Shown here: piece by piece, positions 28,357 to 37,838 of the stretch | How the letters are laid out: each line of letters begins with the position of its first letter | Position numbering within the stretch: the first letter of the stretch is position 1 | Source: Ilumatobacteraceae bacterium | GTDB lineage: Bacteria; Actinomycetota; Acidimicrobiia; Acidimicrobiales; Ilumatobacteraceae | Assembly (NCBI GenBank): GCA_041918155.1 | Contig: JAYRWH010000017.1 | Coordinates: 12,621 to 76,620 of the forward strand | DNA: 64,000 nucleotides | Direction: 5' to 3' | Notes under the pieces: generated by a model | What the model was told of the DNA's origin: nothing | The model's database searches: none | The model's input: the letters and a program-made list of their open reading frames with translations, nothing else | Position numbers and translations under genes: made by a program

Positions 28357-31011
28357 ATGCCCAAACCCCTCGTCATCGTCGAATCGCCGGCAAAGGCCAA
28401 AACCATCGCCAAGTTCCTTGGCGATGCCTTCGACGTGCGCGCTTCGGTTGGCCACGTCGCCGACCTGCCGAGCAAGGGCCTGCAGATCGACGTCGACAAC
28501 GGGTTCAAGCCCACGTACGAGCTGACGATCCGCGGCAAGGACGTGATCAAAGACCTCAAGGTGTTGATGAAGAACGCCTCCGAGCTCTACCTCGCGACGG
28601 ACGAAGACCGCGAGGGTGAGGCGATCAGCTGGCACCTGCTGGAGTACCTGAAGCCGAAGATCCCGGTGAAGCGGATGGTGTTCCACGAGATCACCAAGAG
28701 CGCGATCGACCAGGCGGTGAACCACCCGCGCGGCATCGACTACGGGCTGGTCGACGCGGCCGAGACGCGGCGCCTGCTCGACCGCCTCTACGGCTACGAG
28801 GTGTCGCCGGTGCTGTGGCGGCGCGTGAACCGCGGATTGTCCGCCGGCCGCGTGCAGAGCCCATCGGTGCGGCTCATCGTCGAGCGCGAGCGGGAACGCA
28901 TCGCGTTCGTCTCCGCCGGCTACTGGGACATCGAGCTGCTCACCGGCACCTCGCCGTCGTTCACCGCCACGCTCGTCGCGCTCGACGGCACGAAGGTCGC
29001 CACCGGCAAAGACTTCACCGCCGACGGTCAGCCGAAGAAGAACGTCGTGGTCGTCAGCGAGGATCGTGCCGTCGACCTCGCCGAGTCGCTGCGCGGCGAG
29101 AACGTCACCGTGCGCTCGGTGGAATCCAAGCCGTACCGCAGCAGCCCGAAGGCGCCGTTCATGACGAGCACCCTCCAGCAGGAGGGCGGACGCAAGCTGC
29201 GTCTCGGCGCCGCACAAGTGATGCGCATCGCGCAGGGGCTGTACGAGCGTGGCTACATCACGTACATGCGTACCGACAGCGTCTCGCTGAGCGACGAAGC
29301 ACTCGGGGCAGTGCGCGCCGAGGTGAAGCGCGGGTACGGCGAGAAGTTCCTGTCACCTTCGCCGCGCCAGTTCGCGAACAAGGTGAAGAACGCGCAGGAG
29401 GCCCACGAGGCCATCCGCCCCACCGTCCCCCTGCGCAGCCCCGACGCCGTGGCCGGCGAGTTGAACGGGCAGGAACTGTCGCTGTACCGCATGATCTGGC
29501 AGCGCACGCTCGCTTCGCAGATGGCCGACGCGAACGGCACCACCGTCTCGGTGCGCCTCGCCGGCGACGCGGCCGGCACCGACTGCGAGTTCGCCGCCAG
29601 CGGCACCACGATCACGTTCCCCGGCTACCGCCAGGTGTACGTGGAGAGCACCGACGAGTCCGAGTCCGAGGACGAGCGCGAAGCCCTGCTGCCCCCGCTG
29701 GTCGAGGGCCAGTCGGTGCCCGTGGAGAGCCTCACGCCCAACGGCCACGCCACCACGCCGCCGGCCCGCTACACCGAGGCCTCGCTGGTGAAGAAGCTGG
29801 AGGAGCTGGGCATCGGCCGCCCCTCCACGTGGGCTTCGATCATCCAGACCGTGCAGGACCGCGGCTATGTGTGGAAGAAGGGCCAGGCGCTCGTTCCTAC
29901 CTGGACCGCGTTCGCCGTGGTCGGCCTGCTGGAGAAGCACTTCGAAGGACTCGTCGACTACGCGTTCACGGCGCGCATCGAGGAAGACCTCGACTCGATC
30001 GCCCGCAACGAACGCCAGAAGCAGGACTGGCTGCAGCACTTCTACTTCGGCGACGAGGAGGACGGGCTGCCCGGCCTGAAGCGGCTGGTGGAGGAGAACC
30101 TCGACAGCATCGACGCGGCGGAGATCAACACCTTCCCGATCGGCCTCGACGCCGAGGGCCGCGAGATCGTGGTGAAGCCCGGCAAGTACGGCCCGTACGT
30201 GAAACGCGGCGACGACACCGCGAGCGTGCCCGACGATCTCACCCCCGATGAGCTCACCGTGGAGGTGGCCACCAAGCTGCTCGCCGCGCCGAAGAGCGAC
30301 GAGCCGATCGGCGAGCACGACGGCTACCCGGTGTTCGCCAAGAACGGTCGCTACGGCCCCTACGTGCAGTGGGGTGCGCCCGACAACCTGCCGCCCGGGC
30401 TGGAGAAGCCGAAGATGGCCAGCCTGTTCAAGACGATGGTGTTCGAGCGGCTGTCGCTGGCCGAGGCGGTCGAGTTGCTACAGCTGCCGCGCACGATCGG
30501 TGTCGACCCGGCCGACGGTGAGGCGATCATCGCCAACAACGGTCGCTACGGCCCGTACGTGCAGAAGGGCAAGGACTTCCGCAACATCGCCGGCGAGGAG
30601 CAGTTGCTGACGATCACGATCGCCGAGGCGCTCGCGATCTTCTCGCAACCCAAGGTGTTCCGCCGCGGCGGTGGCGCCAACCTCGCCGCCAAGGGCCCGC
30701 TGCGCGAGTTCGGCAACGACCCGATCAGTGGCAAGCCGGTGGTGGCCAAGGACGGCAAGTTCGGCGTGTACGTCACCGACGGCGAGACCAACGCCTCGCT
30801 CTCCAAGGGCGATCGCCTCGAGGCGATGGAACCCGAGCGGGCCTACGAGCTACTCGCCGTGCGCCGCGAGGCGATCATCGAGAAGGGCGGCGCGCCGGCC
30901 AAACGCGCTACGGCCACCAAGAAGGCCGCGGCGAAGAAAGCCGCCCCCGCGAAGAAGGCCGCGGCGAAAAAGTCGCCGGCCAAGAAGGCCGCCCCGCGCA
31001 AGAAGGCCTGA
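28357..31011 (+). CDS. topA: DNA topoisomerase I
   Basis: 884 aa. TOPRIM start MPKPLVIVESPAKAKTI, DEDREGEAI, active-site region YITYMRTDS. The C-terminal domains carry repeated GRYGPYV/GKFGVYV motifs and a Lys/Ala-rich tail (KKAAAKKAAPAKKAAAKKSPAKKAAPRKKA), as in actinobacterial TopA. Confidence 0.97.
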   Translation: MPKPLVIVESPAKAKTIAKFLGDAFDVRASVGHVADLPSKGLQIDVDNGFKPTYELTIRGKDVIKDLKVLMKNASELYLATDEDREGEAISWHLLEYLKPKIPVKRMVFHEITKSAIDQAVNHPRGIDYGLVDAAETRRLLDRLYGYEVSPVLWRRVNRGLSAGRVQSPSVRLIVERERERIAFVSAGYWDIELLTGTSPSFTATLVALDGTKVATGKDFTADGQPKKNVVVVSEDRAVDLAESLRGENVTVRSVESKPYRSSPKAPFMTSTLQQEGGRKLRLGAAQVMRIAQGLYERGYITYMRTDSVSLSDEALGAVRAEVKRGYGEKFLSPSPRQFANKVKNAQEAHEAIRPTVPLRSPDAVAGELNGQELSLYRMIWQRTLASQMADANGTTVSVRLAGDAAGTDCEFAASGTTITFPGYRQVYVESTDESESEDEREALLPPLVEGQSVPVESLTPNGHATTPPARYTEASLVKKLEELGIGRPSTWASIIQTVQDRGYVWKKGQALVPTWTAFAVVGLLEKHFEGLVDYAFTARIEEDLDSIARNERQKQDWLQHFYFGDEEDGLPGLKRLVEENLDSIDAAEINTFPIGLDAEGREIVVKPGKYGPYVKRGDDTASVPDDLTPDELTVEVATKLLAAPKSDEPIGEHDGYPVFAKNGRYGPYVQWGAPDNLPPGLEKPKMASLFKTMVFERLSLAEAVELLQLPRTIGVDPADGEAIIANNGRYGPYVQKGKDFRNIAGEEQLLTITIAEALAIFSQPKVFRRGGGANLAAKGPLREFGNDPISGKPVVAKDGKFGVYVTDGETNASLSKGDRLEAMEPERAYELLAVRREAIIEKGGAPAKRATATKKAAAKKAAPAKKAAAKKSPAKKAAPRKKA

Positions 31012-31058
31012 GCAGAGTCGCGCCTCCCCCGTGTATGCAATCCAGTAGCATGAGTTGC

Positions 31059-31253
31059 ATGCATTCGACGAGCGTCAGGATCGACAGCGCGACCCACGGT
31101 GAGTTGAAGCGACTCGCAGCCGACTTGGGCACCACCGTCGGCGAAACCGTCGCTCTTGCTGTCCGCCGCTTTCGGCAGGATCAGATCGGCAGGCAACTGG
31201 CCACTCCGCTGACGACCACCGAAGTCGAGTGGCTCGATGCTGAACTCGGGTGA
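31059..31253 (+). CDS. Ribbon-helix-helix antitoxin (MazE-like)
   Basis: MHSTSVRIDSATHGELKRLAADLGTTVGETVALAVRRF reads as an RHH beta-strand plus two helices. The 3' end overlaps the MazF gene by 17 nt. In-frame upstream ATGs at 31035 and 31050 are alternative starts. Confidence 0.7.
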   Translation: MHSTSVRIDSATHGELKRLAADLGTTVGETVALAVRRFRQDQIGRQLATPLTTTEVEWLDAELG

Positions 31254-31581
31254 CGTCATCTACGTCGACCTCGGCGCTCCGGCCGGGCGAGAAGCAGGGT
31301 TTCGCCATCCGGCAATAGTGATCACCGCGCAGGCCATCCTCGATTCGGCACCGTCCGTCGTGCACATAGTTCCCCTCACATCCACACTGCGAGGTTTCGC
31401 CACCGAAGTCGCGGTTGCGGCCAACAGCAGCACAGGCCTCGGTCATGTGTCGGCTGCGCAGTGTCAACACATGCGGGCAGTCTCGCCGACGCGACTCGGC
31501 GAACCAGTGGGCAACGCTGGCCCGGCCGTCCTCGCTCAGCTGCGCGAAATGCTCGCGGTGATCTTCGACCTGCCGCAATAG
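31237..31581 (+). CDS. mazF: PemK/MazF-family endoribonuclease toxin
   Basis: GDVIYVDLGAPAGREAGFRHPAIVIT...VHIVPLTS...S.AQCQHMRAVS is the MazF/PemK SH3-like pattern. Confidence 0.85.
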   Translation: MLNSGDVIYVDLGAPAGREAGFRHPAIVITAQAILDSAPSVVHIVPLTSTLRGFATEVAVAANSSTGLGHVSAAQCQHMRAVSPTRLGEPVGNAGPAVLAQLREMLAVIFDLPQ

Positions 31582-31599
31582 ATCGCGTTCGCCGGCCCG

Positions 31600-32484
31600 C
31601 TATCCCAACAGGACGACGGTGATCACGCCGGCGGCGACGAGCGCGCTGGCGACGTATTCGACACGGGCGTGGCGGTCGTGCAGCCACCAGCGCGACACGG
31701 CAAAGGTGAACAGCAACTCCACCTGACCGACGGTGCGCACCTTCGCCGCGTTCTCCAGCGCGAGCGCGAGCGCCCACCCGGCCGAGCCGCACACACTCAG
31801 CACCCCGACGACGGCACTCGACCGCCAGTGCACGAGGCCCAGGCGCACCTGCCCCGGCTCGCGCCACACGAGGTAGCCGCCGTGGATGATCGTCTGCATC
31901 GTGTTCATCACCGCCAAGGCGATGATCGCCTTCACCACCATCGGCCCGCCGGCGAGCGCCTTCGTGGCCGCACGGATGGAGATCGCGGCAAGGCCCAACA
32001 GCCCTCCGGCGGCCAGCCCGTACAGCGCGGCCGGCTGACGCACGGTGGCCCAGGTGAGGCGCTGCCCCTTGGTGGCCAGCACGACCACACCGGCCAGGCA
32101 CACGCCGGCGCCGAGCCAGCCACCCCAGCGCAGCGGCTCGCCGAGCAGCACGAGCGAGAACAGGGCGACCTGCACGACCTCGGTCTTGGAGAACACCGTG
32201 CCGACCGCGTAGTCGCGCGCATCGAAGGCGCGGATCAGGCACACCGTGCCGAGGATCTGGGCGACGCCGCCCGCGAGGATCAGCGGCCAGAAGCGCACCG
32301 CCAGCGATGGCCACTCCACACCCGAGAGCCAGGCGATGAGCACGGCCAGGCCGGCGATGGGCGCGCCGTAGACGTAGCGCACGAACCCCGCCCCACTCAC
32401 CGACAGCAGGGAGCGCAGACGGTGCTGGAGCGCGGTCCGCGAGGTCTGGAACGCGGCGGCGAGCAGGGTGATCAGGACCCACAT
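31600..32484 (-). CDS. EamA/DMT-family transporter
   Basis: 294 aa, 10 TM-like segments arranged as two similar halves. Confidence 0.8.
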   Translation of the reverse strand: MWVLITLLAAAFQTSRTALQHRLRSLLSVSGAGFVRYVYGAPIAGLAVLIAWLSGVEWPSLAVRFWPLILAGGVAQILGTVCLIRAFDARDYAVGTVFSKTEVVQVALFSLVLLGEPLRWGGWLGAGVCLAGVVVLATKGQRLTWATVRQPAALYGLAAGGLLGLAAISIRAATKALAGGPMVVKAIIALAVMNTMQTIIHGGYLVWREPGQVRLGLVHWRSSAVVGVLSVCGSAGWALALALENAAKVRTVGQVELLFTFAVSRWWLHDRHARVEYVASALVAAGVITVVLLG

Positions 32485-32557
32485 ACGTTCTCACAATTCA
32501 GGATTCGATTCTCAGACGCAGCCTAGCTAGCGCGGCTGGGTATGGTGCCACTTCGAT

Positions 32558-33166
32558 ATGTCGACCGGCCGGTACATCACCCTCGAGGGCGCCGAGGGGT
32601 GCGGGAAGAGCACCCATGCGGCCCGCCTCGCCGATGCGCTCTCGGCGGTGCTCACCCGCGAGACCGGCGGCACCGCCGTCGGCCAGCGCATCCGGGCCAT
32701 CCTGCACGACACGTCCGTCACCGACCTCTCCCACCGTGCTGAGGCGCTGCTGGCTGCGGCCGATCGGGCCCAGCACATCCACCAGGTGGTGGCGCCAGCG
32801 CTCGCCTCCGGCCGCCATGTGGTCAGCGACCGCAGCGTGTACTCCACTCTCGCCTACCAGGGCTACGGCCGCGAGCTGCCGCTCAGCGAGGTGCGCCACA
32901 TCAACGAGTGGGCGATGGGCGGGCTATGGCCCCAGCTCGTGCTACTGCTCGACGCGGCCCCCGAGGTGCTGGAGAAGCGCATGCGCGGCCGCCAGCTCGA
33001 TCGCTTCGAGCAGGAGGGCGACGAGTTCCATTGTCGTGTGCGCGACGGTTTCCGCGAGCTCGCCGCGGCAGAGCCCGAACGGTGGGCGCTCATCGACGCG
33101 AGCCTGCCCCACGAGGAAGTCGCCGTGACCATTCGTGCCGCGGTGCGCGAGCGGCTGGGCATCTGA
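32558..33166 (+). CDS. tmk: dTMP (thymidylate) kinase
   Basis: P-loop ITLEGAEGCGKST, DRSVYSTLAYQG, LID-region RGRQLDRFE. Confidence 0.92.
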   Translation: MSTGRYITLEGAEGCGKSTHAARLADALSAVLTRETGGTAVGQRIRAILHDTSVTDLSHRAEALLAAADRAQHIHQVVAPALASGRHVVSDRSVYSTLAYQGYGRELPLSEVRHINEWAMGGLWPQLVLLLDAAPEVLEKRMRGRQLDRFEQEGDEFHCRVRDGFRELAAAEPERWALIDASLPHEEVAVTIRAAVRERLGI

Positions 33167-34224
33167 TGTTCGCCGAGTACGCCCGCTCGGTGTGGGACGG
33201 CGTGGTGGGGCAAACCCGAGCGGTCGACCAGCTCACCCGCGCCGCGGCCGCGCCGGTGCACGCCTACCTGTTCGTCGGCCCCGCGGGCTCCACCAAGCAC
33301 GAGGCCGCTCGCGCGTTCGCCGCCCTACTGCTCACCGGCCACGACGACCCCGACGCTCGCGACGCACGCCTGGCCCTCGCCGGCGAGCACCCCGACGTGC
33401 GCGAGGTGGAGCGCTCCGGCGCCCGCATCTCCAAGGACCAGGTCAGCGAAATCATCCGCAACGCGTCGCTGGCGCCGATCGAGGGCGCGCGCAAGGTGAT
33501 GCTGCTCCACGAGTTCCATCTGCTCGAAGCCGAAGGCGCGGCCCGCCTGCTGAAGACGATCGAGGAACCCCCGCCGAGCGCGGTGTTCATCGTCCTCGCC
33601 GACCAGGTGCCGCCCGAGCTCGTCACCATTGCCTCGCGCTGCGTGCGCATCGACTTCGCGGCCGTCTCCGAAGCCGTCATCCGCGACCGCCTCGTGGCCG
33701 AGGGCGCGCCTCTTGAGTCGGCGGCACAAGCGGCCGCTGCGGCGGAGGGCAACCTCACCCGCGCCCGGGTGCTCGTGACCGACCCCGGCCTGTTCGCCCG
33801 TCGCCAGGCCTTCGCCGGCGTGCCTCGCCGCCTCGACGGCACCGGGGCCACGGTCATCGGGTTGTGCAACGAACTCAACGGGCTGATCGAAGCGGCCGGC
33901 AAACCGCTGGAGGCCCGCCAAGCCGCCGAGGCCGAGGCGCTCGAGGCGCGGGTGGCCGCGGCCGGCGAACGCGGCAGCGGGCGCAAGCAGCTCGAGGAGC
34001 GGCACAAGCGCGAACAACGCCGCCACCGCACCGACGAGTTGCGTAGCGGCCTCAGTGTCATCGCCGGTGTGTATCGCGATGCGCTGGTGCAGGGCGTGCT
34101 CCCGCGACCCGAGGCCGCGGTACAGGCGGTGCACCGCATCCACCAGGCGCTCGAGGCGCTCGATCGCAACCCGAACGAGTCGCTGCTGCTCCAGTCGCTG
34201 CTGCTCGAACTGCCATCGCTGTAA
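33166..34224 (+). CDS. holB: DNA polymerase III subunit delta-prime
   Basis: Met87 of ORF 32908..34224; the start shares one base with the tmk stop. AAA+ clamp-loader motifs VHAYLFVGPAGSTKHEAA, SRC-like IASRCVRIDF and EEPP. Confidence 0.88.
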   Translation: MFAEYARSVWDGVVGQTRAVDQLTRAAAAPVHAYLFVGPAGSTKHEAARAFAALLLTGHDDPDARDARLALAGEHPDVREVERSGARISKDQVSEIIRNASLAPIEGARKVMLLHEFHLLEAEGAARLLKTIEEPPPSAVFIVLADQVPPELVTIASRCVRIDFAAVSEAVIRDRLVAEGAPLESAAQAAAAAEGNLTRARVLVTDPGLFARRQAFAGVPRRLDGTGATVIGLCNELNGLIEAAGKPLEARQAAEAEALEARVAAAGERGSGRKQLEERHKREQRRHRTDELRSGLSVIAGVYRDALVQGVLPRPEAAVQAVHRIHQALEALDRNPNESLLLQSLLLELPSL

Positions 34225-34281
34225 GGCGTCCCAGTAACCAGGTGGGCGCTCCCCGGCCCGAGCGCTAGCATTTCGGGCTGC

Positions 34282-34354
34282 GCCCAGATAGCTCAGTCGG
34301 TAGAGCATTTCACTCGTAATGAAAAGGTCGAGGGTTCGATTCCCTCTCTGGGCT
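34282..34354 (+). tRNA. tRNA-Thr (anticodon CGT)
   Basis: GCCCAGA/TCTGGGC acceptor, D arm AGCTCAGTCGGTAGAGC, anticodon arm TTTCA-CTCGTAA-TGAAA, T arm GAGGGTTCGATTCCCTC. 73 nt, no encoded CCA. Confidence 0.9.
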
Positions 34355-34418
34355 CTGTGTGATGTCACACCGGGGCCGACGCACGCTCGGGCTCCCAGGG
34401 CGAAGTAGCCTCGGCGTC

Positions 34419-35648
34419 GTGTGCGACACCATGGTCGTGGTCGCTCCCGGAAGGGTGCTCTTCGCCAAGAACAGCGACCGCGACCCGAACGAGGCGCAAC
34501 TCCTCGACTGGCAGCCGCGTCGCTCGTATCCACCGGCGAGCCGGGTGCGCTGCACCTGGATCGAGATCGACCAGGTACCCGAGACCCAGGCGGTGCTCCT
34601 ATCGAGGCCGTTCTGGATGTGGGGCGCGGAGATGGGCGCCAATGAGCACGGGCTGGTGATCGGCAACGAGGCCGTGTTCACCGACCAGCCGTACGCCAAG
34701 GTAGGCCTCACCGGGATGGACCTGCTGCGGTTGGCGCTCGAACGGGCGACCAACTCGCAGGAGGCGGTGGCGGTGATCACCGAACTGCTCGAACGACACG
34801 GGCAGGGCGGCGGATGCGGCCACGAGGATCGCGACGCCACCTATCACAACAGCTTCCTCATCGCCGACGCGCACTCAGCCAGCGTGCTGGAGACGGCCGG
34901 CGCACTGTGGCAGGTCGAGCACGTCGAGCAGGGGGCACGATCGATCAGCAACGGGCTGACGATCCCCGGCTTCGCCGACCACGCCACACGGGTGAAGACC
35001 CACTTCTCGGCCTCCGCGACACGCCGCAGCATTACCGAGCAGGGCGCCGCCTGCGCCACCACGGTGGCCGATCTGATGGCCGTTCTCCGTAGCCACGGCG
35101 CCGGAGGGAAGGCCCCGCATTACACGCTGCTCACCGGGGGTATGGGCGCGCCGTGCATGCATGCCGGCGGGATGGCGGCCGCGTCGCAGTCGACGGCATC
35201 GTGGGTCGCCGAGCTCCTCCCCGACGGCGACCATCGGCACTGGGCGACGGCGACGGCGGTACCCAGTACCGGCCTGTTCAAGCCGGTCCGGGTCACCGAG
35301 CCACTCGACCTCGGCCCGGACCCGGTGGACCGCTACGACCCACGAACGCTGTGGTGGCGCCACGAAGTGCTGCACCGTGCCGTGATGCGCAATCCGGTGC
35401 ACCTCCTCGACCGGTATGCAGCCGAACGCGACGAGGTCGAGCGCCGCTGGATCGCCCACCGGCCCGCGCCGGGGGACGCGTTCGCAGAAGCCGACGACTT
35501 GCTCGCCCGCTGGACGGCGCTCACCGTGGACCCGGCCGGTCGGGACACCCGCCCGCCGTGGGTGCGGCACTACTGGAGGACCAGGAACCGGCGCGCCGGG
35601 CTGCCCCCCAGAACAGGAACACCACGGACAGGAACACCACGGACATGA
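34419..35648 (+). CDS. Secernin-like C69-family Ntn-hydrolase (N-terminal Cys nucleophile)
   Basis: GTG directly before Cys gives MCDTMVVVAPGRVLFAKNSDRDPNEAQ, the secernin/C69 signature. The track start at 34359 would lie only 5 nt after the tRNA. Confidence 0.7.
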   Translation: MCDTMVVVAPGRVLFAKNSDRDPNEAQLLDWQPRRSYPPASRVRCTWIEIDQVPETQAVLLSRPFWMWGAEMGANEHGLVIGNEAVFTDQPYAKVGLTGMDLLRLALERATNSQEAVAVITELLERHGQGGGCGHEDRDATYHNSFLIADAHSASVLETAGALWQVEHVEQGARSISNGLTIPGFADHATRVKTHFSASATRRSITEQGAACATTVADLMAVLRSHGAGGKAPHYTLLTGGMGAPCMHAGGMAAASQSTASWVAELLPDGDHRHWATATAVPSTGLFKPVRVTEPLDLGPDPVDRYDPRTLWWRHEVLHRAVMRNPVHLLDRYAAERDEVERRWIAHRPAPGDAFAEADDLLARWTALTVDPAGRDTRPPWVRHYWRTRNRRAGLPPRTGTPRTGTPRT

Positions 35649-36865
35649 CCGGACCGTCGCAGCCCTTCGCCAACGCAACGCTGACGAAGGCGGCCTTCGC
35701 CGAGCACGTCAACCGCGGCAAGGTCGCGGCCTACGAGGCGCTCGGTCTCGATCTCGTCATGGGCGAACGCGCCGGCGTTCGCTTCCGCGACGCATTCGAC
35801 GGCCGCTGGTACTTCAACTGTCACTCCAACGGCGGGGTGTTCAACCTCGGCCATCTCCACCCCACGGTCGTCGCCGCCGTGCGCGACGCACTCGGCCGGG
35901 TCGATATCGGCAACCACCACCTCGTGTCGGGTTGGCGGGCCGCGCTGGCCGAGCGACTCGCCGCCACCACCGATGCTCGACTCCCGGGGGTCGTGTTCGG
36001 CGTCGGCGGTGGAGAGGCCAACGACCTGGCGCTCAAGCTGGCGCGGGCCCACACCGGTCGCACCGGCATCGTGTCGGCCGTCGGTGGCTACCACGGTCAC
36101 ACCGGCCTGTCGATGGCCGCCGGCGACCCCGAGTATCGCGATCCGTTCGGCGCCAACCTCCCCGGTTTCGTGCAGGTGCCCTTCAACGACCTGGGCGCGC
36201 TCGATGTGGCCGTCGAGGACACCGTCGCCGCCGTCATTCTCGAACCGATCCCGGCGACGCTCGGTATGCCACTTCCCACGCCCGGCTACCTCGCTGCCGT
36301 CGAGCGGATCTGCCACGAGCGGGGCGCGCTGCTGATCATCGACGAGGTGCAGACCGGGCTGGGGCGCACGGGCTCGACCTGGTTCTACTCGCAGGAGGGC
36401 GTGCACCCGGATCTGGTCACCACTGGCAAGGGGCTGTCGGGTGGCATCTACCCGATCACCGCCACCCTGATGACCGCCGAGGTGCATGCCTTCTTCGACG
36501 ACAACCCGTTCGTCCACATCTCCACGTTCGGCGGTGCCGAACTGGGCTGTGTCGCCGCCCTGACCGTGCTCGACATCATCGAGGCGCCCGGCTTCCACGA
36601 GCGGGTGCACGCGGTGGGCCGGCGCTTCGAGGACGAGTTCGCCGACCTGCCCTTCGAGTTCCGCCGGCGGGGGCTGTTCATGGGCATCAAGTTGCCGAAC
36701 CAGGGTGACGGCATCATCGCCGCCCGCGACATGATCGAGGCCGGCGTGTTCGCCATCTTCGCCAACAACGACACCTCGGTGCTCCAGTTCCTGCCGCCGC
36801 TGGTGATCGACGACGACGAGGTCGAAGAACTGGTCGGCATCGTGCGCCGGGTGTTCGCCCGATGA
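35645..36865 (+). CDS. Class-III (PLP-dependent) aminotransferase
   Basis: Met165 of ORF 35153..36865, ATGA overlap with the upstream gene. GGGEANDLALKLAR, IIDEVQTGLGRTG and the PLP-Lys region TTGKGLSGG. Confidence 0.88.
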   Translation: MTGPSQPFANATLTKAAFAEHVNRGKVAAYEALGLDLVMGERAGVRFRDAFDGRWYFNCHSNGGVFNLGHLHPTVVAAVRDALGRVDIGNHHLVSGWRAALAERLAATTDARLPGVVFGVGGGEANDLALKLARAHTGRTGIVSAVGGYHGHTGLSMAAGDPEYRDPFGANLPGFVQVPFNDLGALDVAVEDTVAAVILEPIPATLGMPLPTPGYLAAVERICHERGALLIIDEVQTGLGRTGSTWFYSQEGVHPDLVTTGKGLSGGIYPITATLMTAEVHAFFDDNPFVHISTFGGAELGCVAALTVLDIIEAPGFHERVHAVGRRFEDEFADLPFEFRRRGLFMGIKLPNQGDGIIAARDMIEAGVFAIFANNDTSVLQFLPPLVIDDDEVEELVGIVRRVFAR

Positions 36866-37752
36866 ACACCGACCGGATCACCGACGACGAGCTCACCACG
36901 CTGGAAGCCGAGGTGCAGCGGGCCTTCACGACCCGCGACCAGTCGGGGCTGCGCCTGCTCGGGTACGGAGAGATCTCGCTCGTGCTCGGGTCGCCCGCCG
37001 GGCAGCCGCGCATGGCGTGCAAGCGGCTTCCGGCCTTCGCCACGATCGGCCAGGCAGAGGCCTTCGCGCACACCGTGGATGACTACATCGCCCGGCTGCG
37101 CCAGCGTGGCGTCGACGTGCTCGACACGGACGTGCGCTGCATCGACGGCGACGACGGGGCGGCCATCGTCTATTGCGTCCAGCCGCTCCTGGCCGGCGAC
37201 TCGCTGGCCGTCGACGTGGTGCGCGCCGACCCTGGCCGGGCCGCGGAGGTGCTCACCCGGATCGTCGAGCACATCTTCGACACCGCCGACTCCGAGGTCG
37301 GGCTCGACGCCCAACTCGCCAACTGGGCCGTTGGCGAGAAGGGGCTCATCTACTACGACATCACCACCCCGATCCTGCGCCACGCGGACGGCAGCGAGGC
37401 GCTCGACACGGCGGTGTTCATGGCCTCGTTCCCGTGGCTGCTGCGCAGACCGATCGGGCGGTTCGTGGTGCCCGACATCCTCGAGCGCTACCACCAACCG
37501 CGCAGCATCGCGCTCGACCTCGCCGCCAACCTCGTGAAGGAGCGGCTCGACCAGCACATCGGGATCGTGCTCGCGGCGCTCAACCCGCGGGTGGGCGAGC
37601 CGCTGACCGAGGCGGAGATTCGTGCCGACTATCGCAGCGACGCCCGCATGTGGAACGTGCTCCAAGCCCTGCGCCGCGCCGACCGCGCGTGGCAACGACG
37701 CGTCCGCAGACGGCCCTACGCCTTCCTCCTGCCCGAGCACATTGAACGCTGA
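36862..37752 (+). CDS. Protein-kinase-like fold protein of unknown function
   Basis: ATGA overlap with the aminotransferase gene. Gly-loop-like LLGYGEISLVLG followed by MACKRLP (VAIK-like Lys). No family named with confidence. Confidence 0.5.
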   Translation: MNTDRITDDELTTLEAEVQRAFTTRDQSGLRLLGYGEISLVLGSPAGQPRMACKRLPAFATIGQAEAFAHTVDDYIARLRQRGVDVLDTDVRCIDGDDGAAIVYCVQPLLAGDSLAVDVVRADPGRAAEVLTRIVEHIFDTADSEVGLDAQLANWAVGEKGLIYYDITTPILRHADGSEALDTAVFMASFPWLLRRPIGRFVVPDILERYHQPRSIALDLAANLVKERLDQHIGIVLAALNPRVGEPLTEAEIRADYRSDARMWNVLQALRRADRAWQRRVRRRPYAFLLPEHIER

Positions 37753-37776
37753 CCTCGACGCCATGGTCGAACGCGC

Positions 37777-37807
37777 ACGAGGCCGGGCCTCATCGGCCCG
37801 GCCTCGT
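37777..37807. terminator. Bidirectional hairpin terminator between convergent operons
   Basis: 13-bp perfect stem ACGAGGCCGGGCC-(TCATC)-GGCCCGGCCTCGT. Confidence 0.6.
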
Positions 37808-37838
37808 CGTTGAGGGGATCAGCAGCCCGGCCACCCGA

